A stretch of DNA of 64,000 nucleotides from Phoronis australis (lineage: Eukaryota > Animalia > Phoronida): positions 389,474 through 453,473 of the forward strand of contig NMRA01000341.1 in the NCBI GenBank assembly GCA_002633005.1. Direction: 5' to 3'. Positions 11,401-23,300 of the stretch are shown in pieces. Under the pieces are notes generated by a model, which was given only the letters and a program-made list of their open reading frames with translations, made no database searches and had not been told where the DNA came from. Made by a program: the position numbers and the translations under genes. The stretch's first letter is position 1; each line of letters opens with the position of its first letter.

Positions 11401-14400
11401 ATGTTAACTCCTGGTACAATATATTTAAAACGTGTATGAAAGGTATTAAACATTTGAGATTAAACATACTATATCCTTTACAATAACAATTTTGAACTCA
11501 GGATGAATTTCGTCAGATATCACTAACATAAACATTAATTTACTAACTTTCAGTCCTGTTCGTGTATGGCTTACTTTGCTTTTGACTGTATCGTTATTTT
11601 TTCAAGTATGCAGAGTTTTCGCAGAAACCTCATTACATATGGCGGCTGTTGAGTGAGAACCCATAATTCTCGAGTCAGCTTTCCATCTATGGTGACCATT
11701 TAAGGCGACGGAGCACTACCAAAATGAAAATTTAAGTAAAATATTATTATTAAATTCACAACACTTGGCGTTGTGTTGAAGTTGGATTATTTAAACTCAA
11801 GTCTCGACTCAAGGAACTTGCACGAAACTCCGCTTTATGACGTTTTTTATTAAAAACGAACGATAATGAGTATCTTTTAAAAGTCTTACATGACCATTGC
11901 CGTTGAGTAACTGGTGATTTTTAAGAATTCTGAGAAGTGAGAAACTGTTAGATGTAACTTGCTAAAACTCTGCGTTCTTTGTTTCTTTTAAGACAACCAC
12001 CAAGAAACTCTACTGAAGTATGTAGACGCCGATAAGTTGCCAAAGTATCTTGGCGGCACACTTACCGACCCGGACGGCAATCCAAGATGTCCATCCTTGG
12101 TAATAACTTATTAAATTAATTTAGCTTCATCGATTTAGACTCAACGTAGTTTTGGCGATCATGCGTGCACATACAATTTTGATTTCCAACCCAAGTCATT
12201 CAAACAAGCGGTCATAAACAAGACATGTGTTTTTTACAGGCAATGTGGGTGACTCGGGCATCTGTTGTGATGAGCTAAATTGAACTGAGTGCTACATGTA
12301 CATGTATAATACTGTCTGTCACAGCGCCACCTATACCAAAAAGTGGCGATGTGAAATGATGATGATGAACGGCACAAGGAATTCCGTGGGCGGGCATTAA
12401 CGCATGGCTTGGTTATGACCTTTATCGTGTACGCATTCATGGGTGCACCCAAAGGAGGCTCGGGGAATCGAACGAGCCTCCCAATTTGGCGAATTGGGCA
12501 AAAAGGTCCGCCTCAGTGAAACAAAAAGTCCGGGTAAACGGGAACTCGTGGGCCTGAACCTAGTGGCTCCGTTTTTCTTAGTTTTCGTTGATTTCTTGCA
12601 GTAAAAGGTCTTCATATCGAAAAATAGGGGATCGTTTTTTTTGACACCTTGAAATCTTAAGTGTGCCAGGAATTAACAAATTGTGTGGAATTCATCGATT
12701 TAGTCTGTTTCTTCGGTTGTATGTTCGAAGCAACCGCACTGTGCAAATGTTACTTTGTATTTATTTGTTAACCATGCAATGAGAAGTCATGTTACACGAT
12801 CAACCCACAGTGCTGCCTTGAGTAGCACTGGGAAAAGTGTGCCTTCATAACAACTGAACTCCTTTCAGCAAAAACAACACACTCACGATAACCATAAGCC
12901 GACCAATCGCTTCCACGGGGATCAATTTGGAAGTGTTGGTCTACCACAGCAAGTTTCCCGGCAGGCTTGTCCGCGAAATATTGGGATTTCACATGTAAAA
13001 TTTTACGCGGTCTTGCTTGACTTGCCTTTCTTGCAACTAACTTGCTCTACAATTGCAACACAAGATGTGGAGCTCCACGCGCTCTCGTATAACTATGTGT
13101 GAGAACACTATGTGTTAAAGAGCAGGTTTTGCCGATTGGCTGAGCATTTAGAAACACGTCACTATTGGAATCATGACCAACGTTGCCGCGACATCTCCTT
13201 TAGCGCCACCATTCTTCGAGAATGAGAAACGATCGGATTGGTTTGTAATCCGGAAGTCGTCATCGAGAACAAATTGACCAGCGCACACGGCGGCGTGAAT
13301 CAAGTGCTGCCAGTGGTAAGACGAAATCCTCTGATGCTTGGAAATTATTTAATAGAGCTCCACATTTTCAGATCTGTCAAGGAGGCCCAGTGCCGGAATC
13401 CTTCTACTTGAAAGATCTCTCTGTTTCTGAACACTTAAAGCAGGCAAATTTGAAGGCGGGAGGACGTGTAGAACTGGACTTTAATGTTGATAGCCAAGAC
13501 AGCGTTTTAAGGTAGAGTAGCTTTGTAAACATCTACGCTGGCGAAGTGCATCTTGGGTGAAGAAAAGTATCAAGTTAAGGAAAAGTTTTAATGGTCATTG
13601 ACACATTTACGGATGTAAAAATACTATGCGTTCGCGTCCCAAAGTAGTGGTTATATGGGAAAGTTTTAGACTCGAACATGAACATGAACACGATAAAACG
13701 TCTCCCTCCGCTGCGGGGGTGTAGTGGGACGTAGACGAATTTGACACTTGAAATTGCACACCTTTAAATCTTGACTCATCCGTATAATTTTAATTGCCGG
13801 GGTTAATTAACATTTCCCTACGCTCTTGCTGTTTTATTTTTTTGCGGCAGCAAGGGTGGGGGGCCTGAGGGGGGCGGGCCCCCTGGGCTCCCCCTTAAAT
13901 CTGCCTATGATAAAAGTTGAAAATAACCCCTTTTTCCACAATGAAATCATCTCATTGAATTGAATATGTCACTGCTCCATTTTTTCATTTGTTTTTATAC
14001 TCAAGTCAAACCCCGACCTCGCAACGTGCGGGTGTCTTATCAAGAAGCCAAAGAGATACTAAAAACTGCAGTAAGTTTGCACGTGCTTTAGTCGTCTGCA
14101 CTAATTCATCGAAACGACTTGGCGCCGTCATCAGATTTCATTTTATGGATAATTTTGTTGCAAATGGACCTGTGTTCTAGCAGCATATATGTCAAAACAG
14201 TCGAGCTGAAATTTGGCTACAAGGTGCCAGCGGTCATTACTTGGTTAGTTAGTTTTCCGCGGTGTGGCGTATGGGGAAACATGGTGCCCGATATTTAGGT
14301 TCTCCGAAGGTTTGTTTAATGTGTTTTTTAAAGATCTGTCGGAACATAAATGTGGCTTTCAGTGACAAAATATAGTAACAGAACAATTGCGTGAAGGTAA

Positions 14401-16282
14401 GTCTTTATTTCAGCAAAGAATTTACAACAATCCGTAGTATTTTCAGTTAAATATAATGCAAAATGTGCCAAAACGTCCGATAATTAGGCCACTTGACTGT
14501 AATAACGATGCCAGATTGTGACTAGTAGTCTACATTTTCACGTGATGAATCAGGAAAAGTGCTTGGCCTTTGTAATGCACTGTGGGTAAATACTTTAGAA
14601 TGAGAGTGGTGCTATGGCATTATTCAGGACAGCCAAAGTTACGTTTAAACCCAGTAGAGGTTTTTCCTAAACACCCATTGGTGGTATCTCAACTAGTTTG
14701 CCTTGTCTATTAAAAACACATACTTAATCTTTGACGAATCTCAGAACTGTGTTATCACAAAATTGAACAGGTGGGAGTTTAAGACAGAGGATTACGATGT
14801 GGCATTTGGGTTGTCTATGAAGAGTGGCGACGCAGCTTTGAAGGAGTTGATTCCGGTGTCAAGAGTGAACTGTCACATGGTCCCAGAGGACGGCACGTGG
14901 GACTGTAAAGATCTTGGAACGTGTAAGGTTTTTTTGCTTCCACATAATATTGCTTCGTTTAACAAATGGTCAATTTTAATACAGAATGTGCATAAGTTTG
15001 CTATATGGTTTTGAATTCTGGTACATATGTCGCCTTGACTTCAAGTATGTGACACATGCTTTCGCTCAACGTGACACCGGTGGAAGAATAGCAAAACCAT
15101 AACAAACCAATGTACAATCTAATTTACAAATAGGATGGCATTCGACGGCGTACGTGCAATTACAGTTATCAATATTTAAACCAGCGACAAATTTGGTTAA
15201 TGTTTCTATTTTCAAAAGAAATATTAAAAACACACTGTCTAAAGCGTGCACATTAGATTTACACCACAACAAATTCGTAATACTAGTTTTGCCTCTTAAT
15301 AATTTCCTCTTCCTTAAGTCTTTCTCACTGACCGAAGCTTCGGTCAATGGGAAAACTTAACTTCGTTTTTTTATGCGCTAGTTAACTCCGATATTAAGAG
15401 GTGGATTTAACAGCAAAGCGTAGGCGCTTCGGTATAAGGAGAACACTTAACTTCGATGATATTGGAGTTATCGGCAGGTGTCACTGCTTTCGCCAACAGC
15501 GAGCGAGAACTGGTTTATATTTGTTAGTATTTTTATCCAACATTTGTTATTTTGGTAGTATAAGCATTCTGTTTCAATTTGTCCACGTGCCTGCTGGGTT
15601 CGTTACTTAAAAATACGCAATACGTGTTCCGCCTTTACACGGATCTGTTGCAAGTCACAAGACTCCAATTTTCTGTTAAAATGTTGTCAATCTTCTTCAT
15701 TTCAATGTGGCAACCGTTGGCTGCTTTCTGAAGTTGACGTCCTCGTGTCTGTGTGGGGGAGGGGAAAGTCCTTGCCATTTTTGATGACAAGGGGAAAAAC
15801 AGTTAGGCGTACGAAGGTATACAGGTCCAATGAGATAAATTAATTACATGCACTGTATAGTTTATTGTACAGGCCAAGGTCATATTGGTGCCGCCTTGCG
15901 ATATCTTCGTTGAAGTGATGTGAACATTCACGCCCAACTTCGGGGTAAATCACAGTTACATCGAAGCTTCGATTGTAGCGAAATCAATTGTATGGGAAAG
16001 GGCATTTAGTGGCGCGCATGTAGACCTACGCGCATGCGTAATTGCGCTAATAGAAACACCCGACGCAGATGTTGCATTAATTCTGGAACTTTATGACATT
16101 TTACAGATACTCTTATATTTGACAATTCCTTCAGCTGGGCGAGAAGCAAGCAGATTCAATATTTCGTAGAAATTATGTCAAAGCAAGTGGAAGACAAGTT
16201 TGCCTTAGAGGTCAACGAAAGAGCGCAAGGAGGCGATTGGTCAACTCTGTCAAAGGATCTTAAAGACATGGCACTTTCTTAG
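5394..16282 (+). CDS. SEC14-like CRAL-TRIO + GOLD domain protein, retinal-binding protein (RALBP)-like; 5'-partial; exons 5394-5437, 5796-6047, 6479-6554, 7920-8000, 8667-8750, 11993-12099, 13372-13511, 14771-14922, 16107-16282
   Basis: All introns are GT-AG with compatible phases. The spliced frame is open to TAG at 16280-16282 and carries SEC14L2-family motifs: [103 protein letters not shown]. Upstream exons were not found in the window. Confidence 0.95.
5796..6047 (+). CDS. SEC14/RALBP-like exon (252 nt), SMAYREKMG...WKEASKK
   Basis: tctttcag acceptor, AAG|gtgtga donor; matches ORF 5799-6053. Confidence 0.95.
6479..6554 (+). CDS. SEC14/RALBP-like exon (76 nt), [25 protein letters not shown]
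   Basis: acttcag acceptor, CAG|gtaaag donor. Confidence 0.95.
6612..7265 (+). repeat. Dispersed repeat family B copy 1 (SEC14 intron)
   Basis: Reverse-complement match to 18325-18996; produces the paired spurious ORFs sharing YTKRTESG...[10 protein letters not shown]. Confidence 0.9.
7920..8000 (+). CDS. SEC14/RALBP-like exon (81 nt), [27 protein letters not shown]
   Basis: ttgacag acceptor, G|gtaggt donor; NYPE motif; not in the ORF track. Confidence 0.95.
8667..8750 (+). CDS. SEC14/RALBP-like exon (84 nt), [28 protein letters not shown]
   Basis: ttctttcag acceptor, A|gtaag donor. Confidence 0.95.
9381..9797 (+). repeat. 17-bp minisatellite (GCCA[A/G]TG[C/G]TATACATAA), about 24.5 copies
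   Basis: Direct reading; two variable positions occur in blocks; source of repetitive ORFs 9260-9514 and 9507-9701. Confidence 0.97.
11993..12099 (+). CDS. SEC14/RALBP-like exon (107 nt), [36 protein letters not shown]
   Basis: tttcttttaag acceptor, TTG|gtaata donor; LPxYLGG motif. Confidence 0.93.
13372..13511 (+). CDS. SEC14/RALBP-like exon (140 nt), [13 protein letters not shown]...SQDSVLR
   Basis: ttttcag acceptor, AG|gtagag donor; GGxVPxxFYL motif. Confidence 0.93.
14771..14922 (+). CDS. SEC14/RALBP-like exon (152 nt), GOLD domain [13 protein letters not shown]...CKDLGT
   Basis: aacag acceptor, T|gtaagg donor; inside ORF 14703-15014. Confidence 0.93.
16107..16282 (+). CDS. SEC14/RALBP-like terminal coding exon, [19 protein letters not shown]...KDMALS*
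   Basis: ttttacag acceptor; FDNSFS GOLD motif; TAG at 16280-16282; AATAAA at 16973 and 18006 downstream. Confidence 0.93.
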
Positions 16283-17101
16283 TTGTAATGGAAAAGCATG
16301 TCCAGTTATATGGGTTATTACCATATTTAGGCATTTAACCTTTTAGTGCTAGTCATATCGTATACATGTAGTAAACGAGTATTGAATTAAATGTTTCGTT
16401 TTGTTGTGTATAGCCAAATGTTTTGATGAATTCCGGAAATTAGCCAATGCTGTTAGGACGGCATGATACGACTTTACTAAGAAGTACACGTCGCACGAGA
16501 TTATCGTCGAGCATTACGGGGATTCATACGAATAATGCATTTCGCTCGACAAACATGAAACACGTCTTCGCGAAATATCGCCGGCGATATATCGCCGACG
16601 AAATGCCGCCCTACATTACAAGCGAACTCTATTGCTTCTACACGACGGGGCGGAGTCTGTATGCTATCCTGGAGGGGAAGCGTTATCCTAGTCAACTTAA
16701 GGGTATGTATAGGCCTCTAGACAATTGTCCAAACTTGTCTAACGTCGGAACATATCTCAGAGATAGCTGATCGGATTCACATTCAACTTTCAGATATCCC
16801 ATATTTATGTGCAGTTCTCCAATACGTTATCAGGAATTTTTCCAAAATGCGTCACTTTTGCAAGCCTGATCAAAATAGGACTTCCGTGATTTTCAAAAAA
16901 AAAACAACTTAAGTTGCACCAAACTAATCTGTAACAGTGTTTTGTGGTATGTCATCTTGAACATTGATATCAAATAAAATTTGACAATGTGGCTGATACC
17001 GTTTTTTGCTATCACTGCACCTTCGTTTTATGTTAAACTTTGCTAAAAAGACTTGGTCACGTTGATCAATTAATGTCAGATCGATAAAAAGTAAAAAATC
17101 A

Positions 17102-17967
17102 AATTATACATGATGTCTCCTTTCATAAAATATTATACTCTTAGTCAGTTAAAATCTAATTATACATGATGTCTCCTTTCATAAAATATGATAAACTCTT
17201 ACTCAGTTAAAATCTAATTATACATGATGTCTCCTTTCATAAAATATGATATACTCTTACTCAGTTAAAATCTAATTATACATGATGTCTCCTTTCATAA
17301 AATATTATAAACTCTTACTCAGTTAAAATCTAATTATACATGATGTCTCCTTTCATAAAATATTATAAACTCTTACTCAGTTAAAATCTAATTATACATG
17401 ATGTCTCTTTTCATAAAATATTATAAACTCTTACTCAGTTAAAATCTAATTATACATGATGTCTCCTTTCATAGAATATGATATACTCTTACTCAGATAA
17501 AATCTAATTATACATGATGTCTCCTTTCATAAAATATGATAAACTCTTACTCAGTTAAAATCTAATTATACATGATGTCTCCTTTCATAAAATATGATAG
17601 ACTCTTACTCAGTTAAAATCTAATTATACATGATGTCTCCTTTCATAAAATATAAACTCTTACTCAGTTAAAATCTAATTATACATGATGTCTCCTTTCA
17701 TAAAATATTATAAACTCTTACTCAGTTAAAATCTAATTATACATGATGCCTCCTTTCATAAAATATGATAAACTCTTACTCAGTTAAAATCTAAATATAC
17801 ATGATGTCTCCTTTCATAAAATATTATAAACTCTTACTCAGTTAAAATCTAATTATACATGATGTCTCCTTTCATAAAATATGATAAACTCTTACTCAGT
17901 TAAAATCTATTTATACATGATGTCTCCTTTCATAAAATATTATAAACTCTTACTCAGTTAAAATCTA
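17102..17967 (+). repeat. 58-bp AT-rich tandem array, about 15 copies
   Basis: Unit AATTATACATGATGTCTCCTTTCATAAAATATTATAAACTCTTACTCAGTTAAAATCT; 58-bp period (17221, 17279, 17337...), near-identical units. Confidence 0.97.
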
Positions 17968-18324
17968 TGGTTATTCAGATGTTTGGCTAAATACGCAGAC
18001 TTTTCAATAAAGTCGTACATAAACTAAAATAGACCAGCAGCAAATAGAGTGGGTTGGTGATCAGCATTTCCAAGGGTAGATGCACGAATCGTCTTTTGAC
18101 GTTCCTGTTTAAAAAGTGTACAACTTCATTACACAGTGTCTTGGAAATGACTCAAAGCTTGACAAAAAGCAAAGAAAGGGGTTATTTAGTCATTTAATGT
18201 TACTTGTTTTCAAAAGAACACATGTTTTTATCCCTTTTCCAAAGACGCCGTAATTGGTCTCAAAAACTCCCGATGGCCCAATTCAAGTCATTAATGAACA
18301 AGTACAGGAACAAAGCCATTGTAG

Positions 18325-18996
18325 CATATATATATACAAAACGTACCGAGAGTGGCGGACATGAAGTAATACCCCACGTGACATTATTGCGCGTATCGAC
18401 CGAGACCGAATTCCTAAGTTTCTTTCATTTTTTCGGCAGATTTTTTAAATACTTCACTCATGAGACTGTTCATGTGGCGGATCACATCCTATATGTATGT
18501 ACCTGCGCGTTAGGCTGCAAGTTTTCTCTAGAAAAAGAAACAGTTTTAAATGTGACGATTTATTTCTTGAATAGAGATAACAAAGATCTAAACAAGGATA
18601 ACTTTTCATTGAAATTGTAATATCTCCGGAAAATAGTTAAATAACAACAATATTTGATATTGCAGTTACCGATGAATCGGCGCCAGAATTGCAGACGATA
18701 AAATATTTAGAAAATGAAAACTGAGACAGAACTGTCATATACTTAACAGTCCTGTTCCAGAAGTTACGATTGAGACCTGATTGTACAACATATGTTGAGC
18801 ATTATTTACACTGGTATAATTGTATTACTTTAAACTATTTTCCGAAAGTTTGGTGAACGAACCGGCTAACGACGTCGAGTCGACGTTAACCTACCTTTTG
18901 AACTTTCCATGCCAGAGGTCACTGTTGAAGTAGTGCGGAAGGTGAATTCGGAAAACTTTATTACATGGCCGTATTTCCCTCGACAGATTCAACGCG
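18325..18996 (-). repeat. Dispersed repeat family B copy 2 (between the two genes)
   Basis: Inverted copy of 6612-7265, sharing catggaaagttcaaaaggtaggt and other blocks. Confidence 0.9.
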
Positions 18997-19725
18997 CGTG
19001 GGATAATATTATCATACGTTGATTTTGCAGCGGAGACTGGCAATCACGCCACCTTCAGTCATAAATTCACTTTCACATCAACATTAAAGCTATCCTTAAC
19101 TTAACTAAAAACCTTGGTATGGATTCGAAGATTATTTGCATTAGATTTCAGATTGTGTTATTTCGTAAAAAATTGATCAATACATCAGAAATAAATCCAA
19201 GCGTACAGCCAACACCGTGATATCTTTGAATTGAGAAAAAGACGCTTCCACTGAAGATCTATAGTCTACATGCGTAATGTAACACTGTAAAAAGTTGCAG
19301 AATGAGGTAACTTGTCTGTTTGAACAGAATCAGGTCGAATTGATTAGAAAGTTCGGGAAGAGCCTTGGCCAGTTGAATTGCTCATCAAAAAGCCGACATC
19401 GAGAATTGTCGACAGACTTATTACTCCTTTTCCACTGAACCTACAAATTCCACGAAACCTCACAAACTGGAGATTTACATTGTTTTGGTCGAATCGTAAT
19501 AATTTCAGGAAGTTCCTGTTTATTCATTCGTGAGCGGTCGTGAACTCGTGGATCGGAACTCAAATGAATTCTTCGCGTTGGATCCAGTTTTAAAAAAACA
19601 CGAAGTCTGTTCTTAAGCTAGTACGTAAAGTTGAAGAGGACGATAGAGATACATTAGTCACATATCTTTCTGTGAGACGCACAAGCCAATTTCAATAAAC
19701 AATATCATAAAAAACACAAAATAAA

Positions 19726-19731
19726 TTTATT
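19726..19731 (-). terminator. Candidate polyadenylation signal (AATAAA) of the calmodulin-like gene
   Basis: AATAAA on - strand about 560 nt past the stop, followed by a U/GU-rich tract (ttttgtgttttttatg). Confidence 0.55.
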
Positions 19732-20285
19732 GGGTAATTTTAACTATCAACATAGAACATCAAGGCACATGTTCACACGATGTCCGTGACGTCTCCGATC
19801 CCATGCTTGCGGATACCACAGTTGTAACACGTGCGACACTCGGTTCATTCCTTTTGGCAACGATGCTCGTGCAACACTTCTACATCGGGGCAACGCAAAA
19901 TGTTGAGACCAGTTTGGCTAAGGTCGAGTGTTTCAAATACAAAAGCAGATTTCTGATGGAAAGGTAGCCGATAAAAATTAACATTTTACGGCCAAATAAA
20001 CTGAACTATCACAGATTGGCCAACACGAGTAGTTGGTCATGGCAATATCAGACGAATCTAAAGCGCCCTCTTGCGAGTTTGGCGAGATCACACAAAACTG
20101 AAATTTAGATCCCAACTGTCCACGTCCACTTCATTTCCAGCAACGATTTGTCGTTTAATCAGAAGGCGGCGCTTGTGCTTAGTAAACTTCATATCTGACA
20201 AGTATGTCTCCGTTGCTATTGCCATTCTTTACTGGAACTGATACAGTCACTTGCAACAATACCTTCCTAAAGACATTCCCAAGCA

Positions 20286-20317
20286 TCACGACTTCGACTT
20301 CAAGATATTTTTGAACT
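20286..20317 (-). CDS. Calmodulin-like terminal coding exon, EFKNILKSKS*
   Basis: ttttattttttag acceptor; completes the EF4 Glu and exit helix; TGA at 20288-20286. Confidence 0.85.
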
Positions 20318-23300
20318 CTAAAAAATAAAATGACAACACTAAATATAGTATTCGTTAGATCATTTCCTTAGGCGCTAGTTTGAGTATGAACCCATCAAAC
20401 AAACTCCGATGACCCTGGAAGTAATTTGCTTCGTGTGCATGGATCATGTACACGCATGAACCTTAATGGAAAAAACAAACGCGAAGTTGGTACTACAAGG
20501 TGGTTCTCCAAAATTTTGCTATTTTTCCACATGACCTGGGAACCCGAAATTTGCTTAAAAGAGCACAATTCTATTCCAAACAAACGGTGTTAGGTTAGAC
20601 CCCGCTTAAATGAGCGACTTATCGCGGCGGTGGGTTACTTTGAATTTCGAAAAAAGGGTAACCCTTTGGAAAGGGTATTTTTCAGTTTGGAAATGCGCAG
20701 AGTTGTGCCTAAATGCTGATGGAGACCATTTCCAGCAGCTACTGTAAAAGTGCTTGAAGTTGTAAGACTTGGCGGCTCAACTACGCCATCTTTATAGACA
20801 TCAATTAACGCCGCCACGTGCTTCATTTTGCATAATGCACCGAGGATCGTTAAAATCCGCTGGGACGACGCCCAACACGTTAGCACTAAAACGTTCAACA
20901 CCAACATGAGCTAAATACATAGATGAAATAATATCCCACGAGACATTATTAAGCCTATTGACAGAGACCGAGACGCCAATTGAGGTACGTTTTGCATTGA
21001 TCCCATACGTTTTTTTCGACAGATTTTTTGAAAAACTCACCCATACTGTTCACTTGGCGGATCTCAATGTATAGTGTATATACTTGGGAGTTAAGTTACA
21101 AGTTTACTCTAGTAATAGACAACAGTATTAAATGTAACGATAACAACGATAATTGAGCATTGAATTTGTAACATTTTTGAAAATAATTAAATAACAGGAA
21201 TGTTTAATATTGTACATGTAGTTACCGAGGACTCGGAACCGGCGCCGCCCTGAGTTCCGGACAATAATATTTTAGCGAACAAAATTGAGACATAAGAGTT
21301 GTATAATTAACACTTTAGTGTATCGGATGTTATGTTTGTGACCTGATGGCATGTTTATTGTTATTTATACTGCTGTAACGTTACCACTTTACGCTATTTT
21401 GTTAAGCTTTAAAGTGATCGAGCTGGCTAGCGACGTCGAGTCGACATTGACCGACAGTACCTTTTGTACTTTCCATGTCAGAGGAAAAGAGGGCACGATT
21501 ATAAGTACCGGGTAGTACCAGGAGTGCAATGCGGAAAAGAAACCACATGATCGTTGTGCACTCAACTTATTCCACGCCTATTGGATAAATGAAGTTAACA
21601 GTCTGCAAAATTTGATGTTGACCTGTCAATATTTGAAAGAAATGAGAAGCAAAAAGTTGGAGTCTTTTTCGTGAGAATCACCCTGTATTTTACACAACCT
21701 ATCTCATCAACATCTGTTCTATAATACTCACTTCTCTTTGTCTGTTCTTCTTATTTTACACATTAATCAAAACATCTAATTGTAAGTAAATTGTTGACTT
21801 GCGAAATCAATAACAATGCCATTCATTTGAAAGCGTATTACGCATACAGCCTTCTCCAACGACCATTGACGTGCGTCAGAACTCCAGGACAGCTAAATGA
21901 TCCGTGTTTATCTTTTGATTTTGCGCAAAATCCGATTAGTTTCATATATTATTAATTAAGAATATCGGAAATTGATTTCTTCGAGTTCTGTCTCATAGCA
22001 AGATCTTTGATTAGTTGCTTTCCTTCAATGATATTAAGTTGTTTCTAATTAAGAAAGCACCGCCATCAAACGAATATTTTCTTGACACAAACCAAATTAC
22101 GGTTTGAGCATATAGACTGTACTGCATGTTCGAATTCGCAATGGATAGTAACAAATTCGTCATGAGTAAAGCAAAGAAGCGACAGAATTGAAACAAAATT
22201 TAGTTCTAGAATGTGCAAAACAAGCTAAAATAATTTCAGAAACTTTGCAAATTCTTTCAGTGAAATCTCAGAGTAGAATTAGCATAGATAAACGATTTAT
22301 GATAAAATCATTAACTGAATGTCAACCGAAGCTTTTAGCTCAAATTAATGTGTAAGACCAAGTAAAACCTCTCTTTGTTGTCGATACTGATTATACTACC
22401 ATGATGAATTCAAATTCCCAGTTTGGATCCGATATTATTTTTTTGTCGTTTGCTATACTGCTTTTGTGCGAACTCAAGATGAGTGACTTTTTTGCTCGAG
22501 TACACATGGACTTACATGGATAACTGTTCAATCCTACAGTGTAGATTGCACTCACTAACCTCATCATTAAGACTAAACGTTCGAGTTCTTTTCTCGAATC
22601 TTCAGCCCGAACCTAGCGGTCATCAAATGTGAGCTTGGACTAGAAACTCATTTCGATACTGATGATGTACTCAGGCACAGAATAATAGCTACTGACCCTG
22701 AGTTCGCACCAAAGTAGAACGGGAAATGACAAAAACACTTCATGTTCACTTTCGATAGGAAATATTACATCCCGGCCCCAAGTCCCCACACCGAACTGCC
22801 AGTCAAGATAACGTCTGCTTCAGAGCAGGAGAGACAATCACAGAAGAAACGGAAGTTAAACACCGAGTTGGAAATGGATCGTGTTGTTTTTATCATCACG
22901 TCACAACGTTGTCAATCATACGGAACTAACATTCGTCTATTACACAAAAGCTGCGAATAGAAGCAGCGCTTTAAATATGTTGAAGCCGGGTGTAATGTTT
23001 CAATGTAAACTGAGTTGTGAGGGCACGACAGCTCGAAACACATGGTTGTTTTCTGCACCACTAATGTTTCCAAATTTCAGCAACCGACATCTAGTTTAAG
23101 AGTATATAATTGTGCTGTAAAGTTATAAATCAGCGCGTTGATATAGTATCAGTAAGAATTATCAGTTTTGTTACACGCCATATGTTGATCACATTTACGT
23201 GACCTATAGTTAAGTCTGGAAATAGCTCTGTCGCCACCGGGACTCAAGCCTGGGACTTTCTACTGCACATCATTATTAGAACACGATGTTTGTTGAAGTT

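Noticed and set aside
17102-17967. 58-bp array as a CRISPR array
   Set aside because: Units are contiguous with no unique spacers, there are no cas genes, and the context is eukaryotic and intron-rich
20060-20078. CTCF-like motif (GCGCCCTCTTGCG), similar partial motif near 12321, and GTCACGTGAC E-boxes near 2512 and 24572
   Set aside because: Short motifs expected by chance or inside repeats; no independent support
22430-22600. Shared ttttgtgcgaactcaagat with 58165
   Set aside because: Probably two old copies of one repeat, but too diverged to assign boundaries
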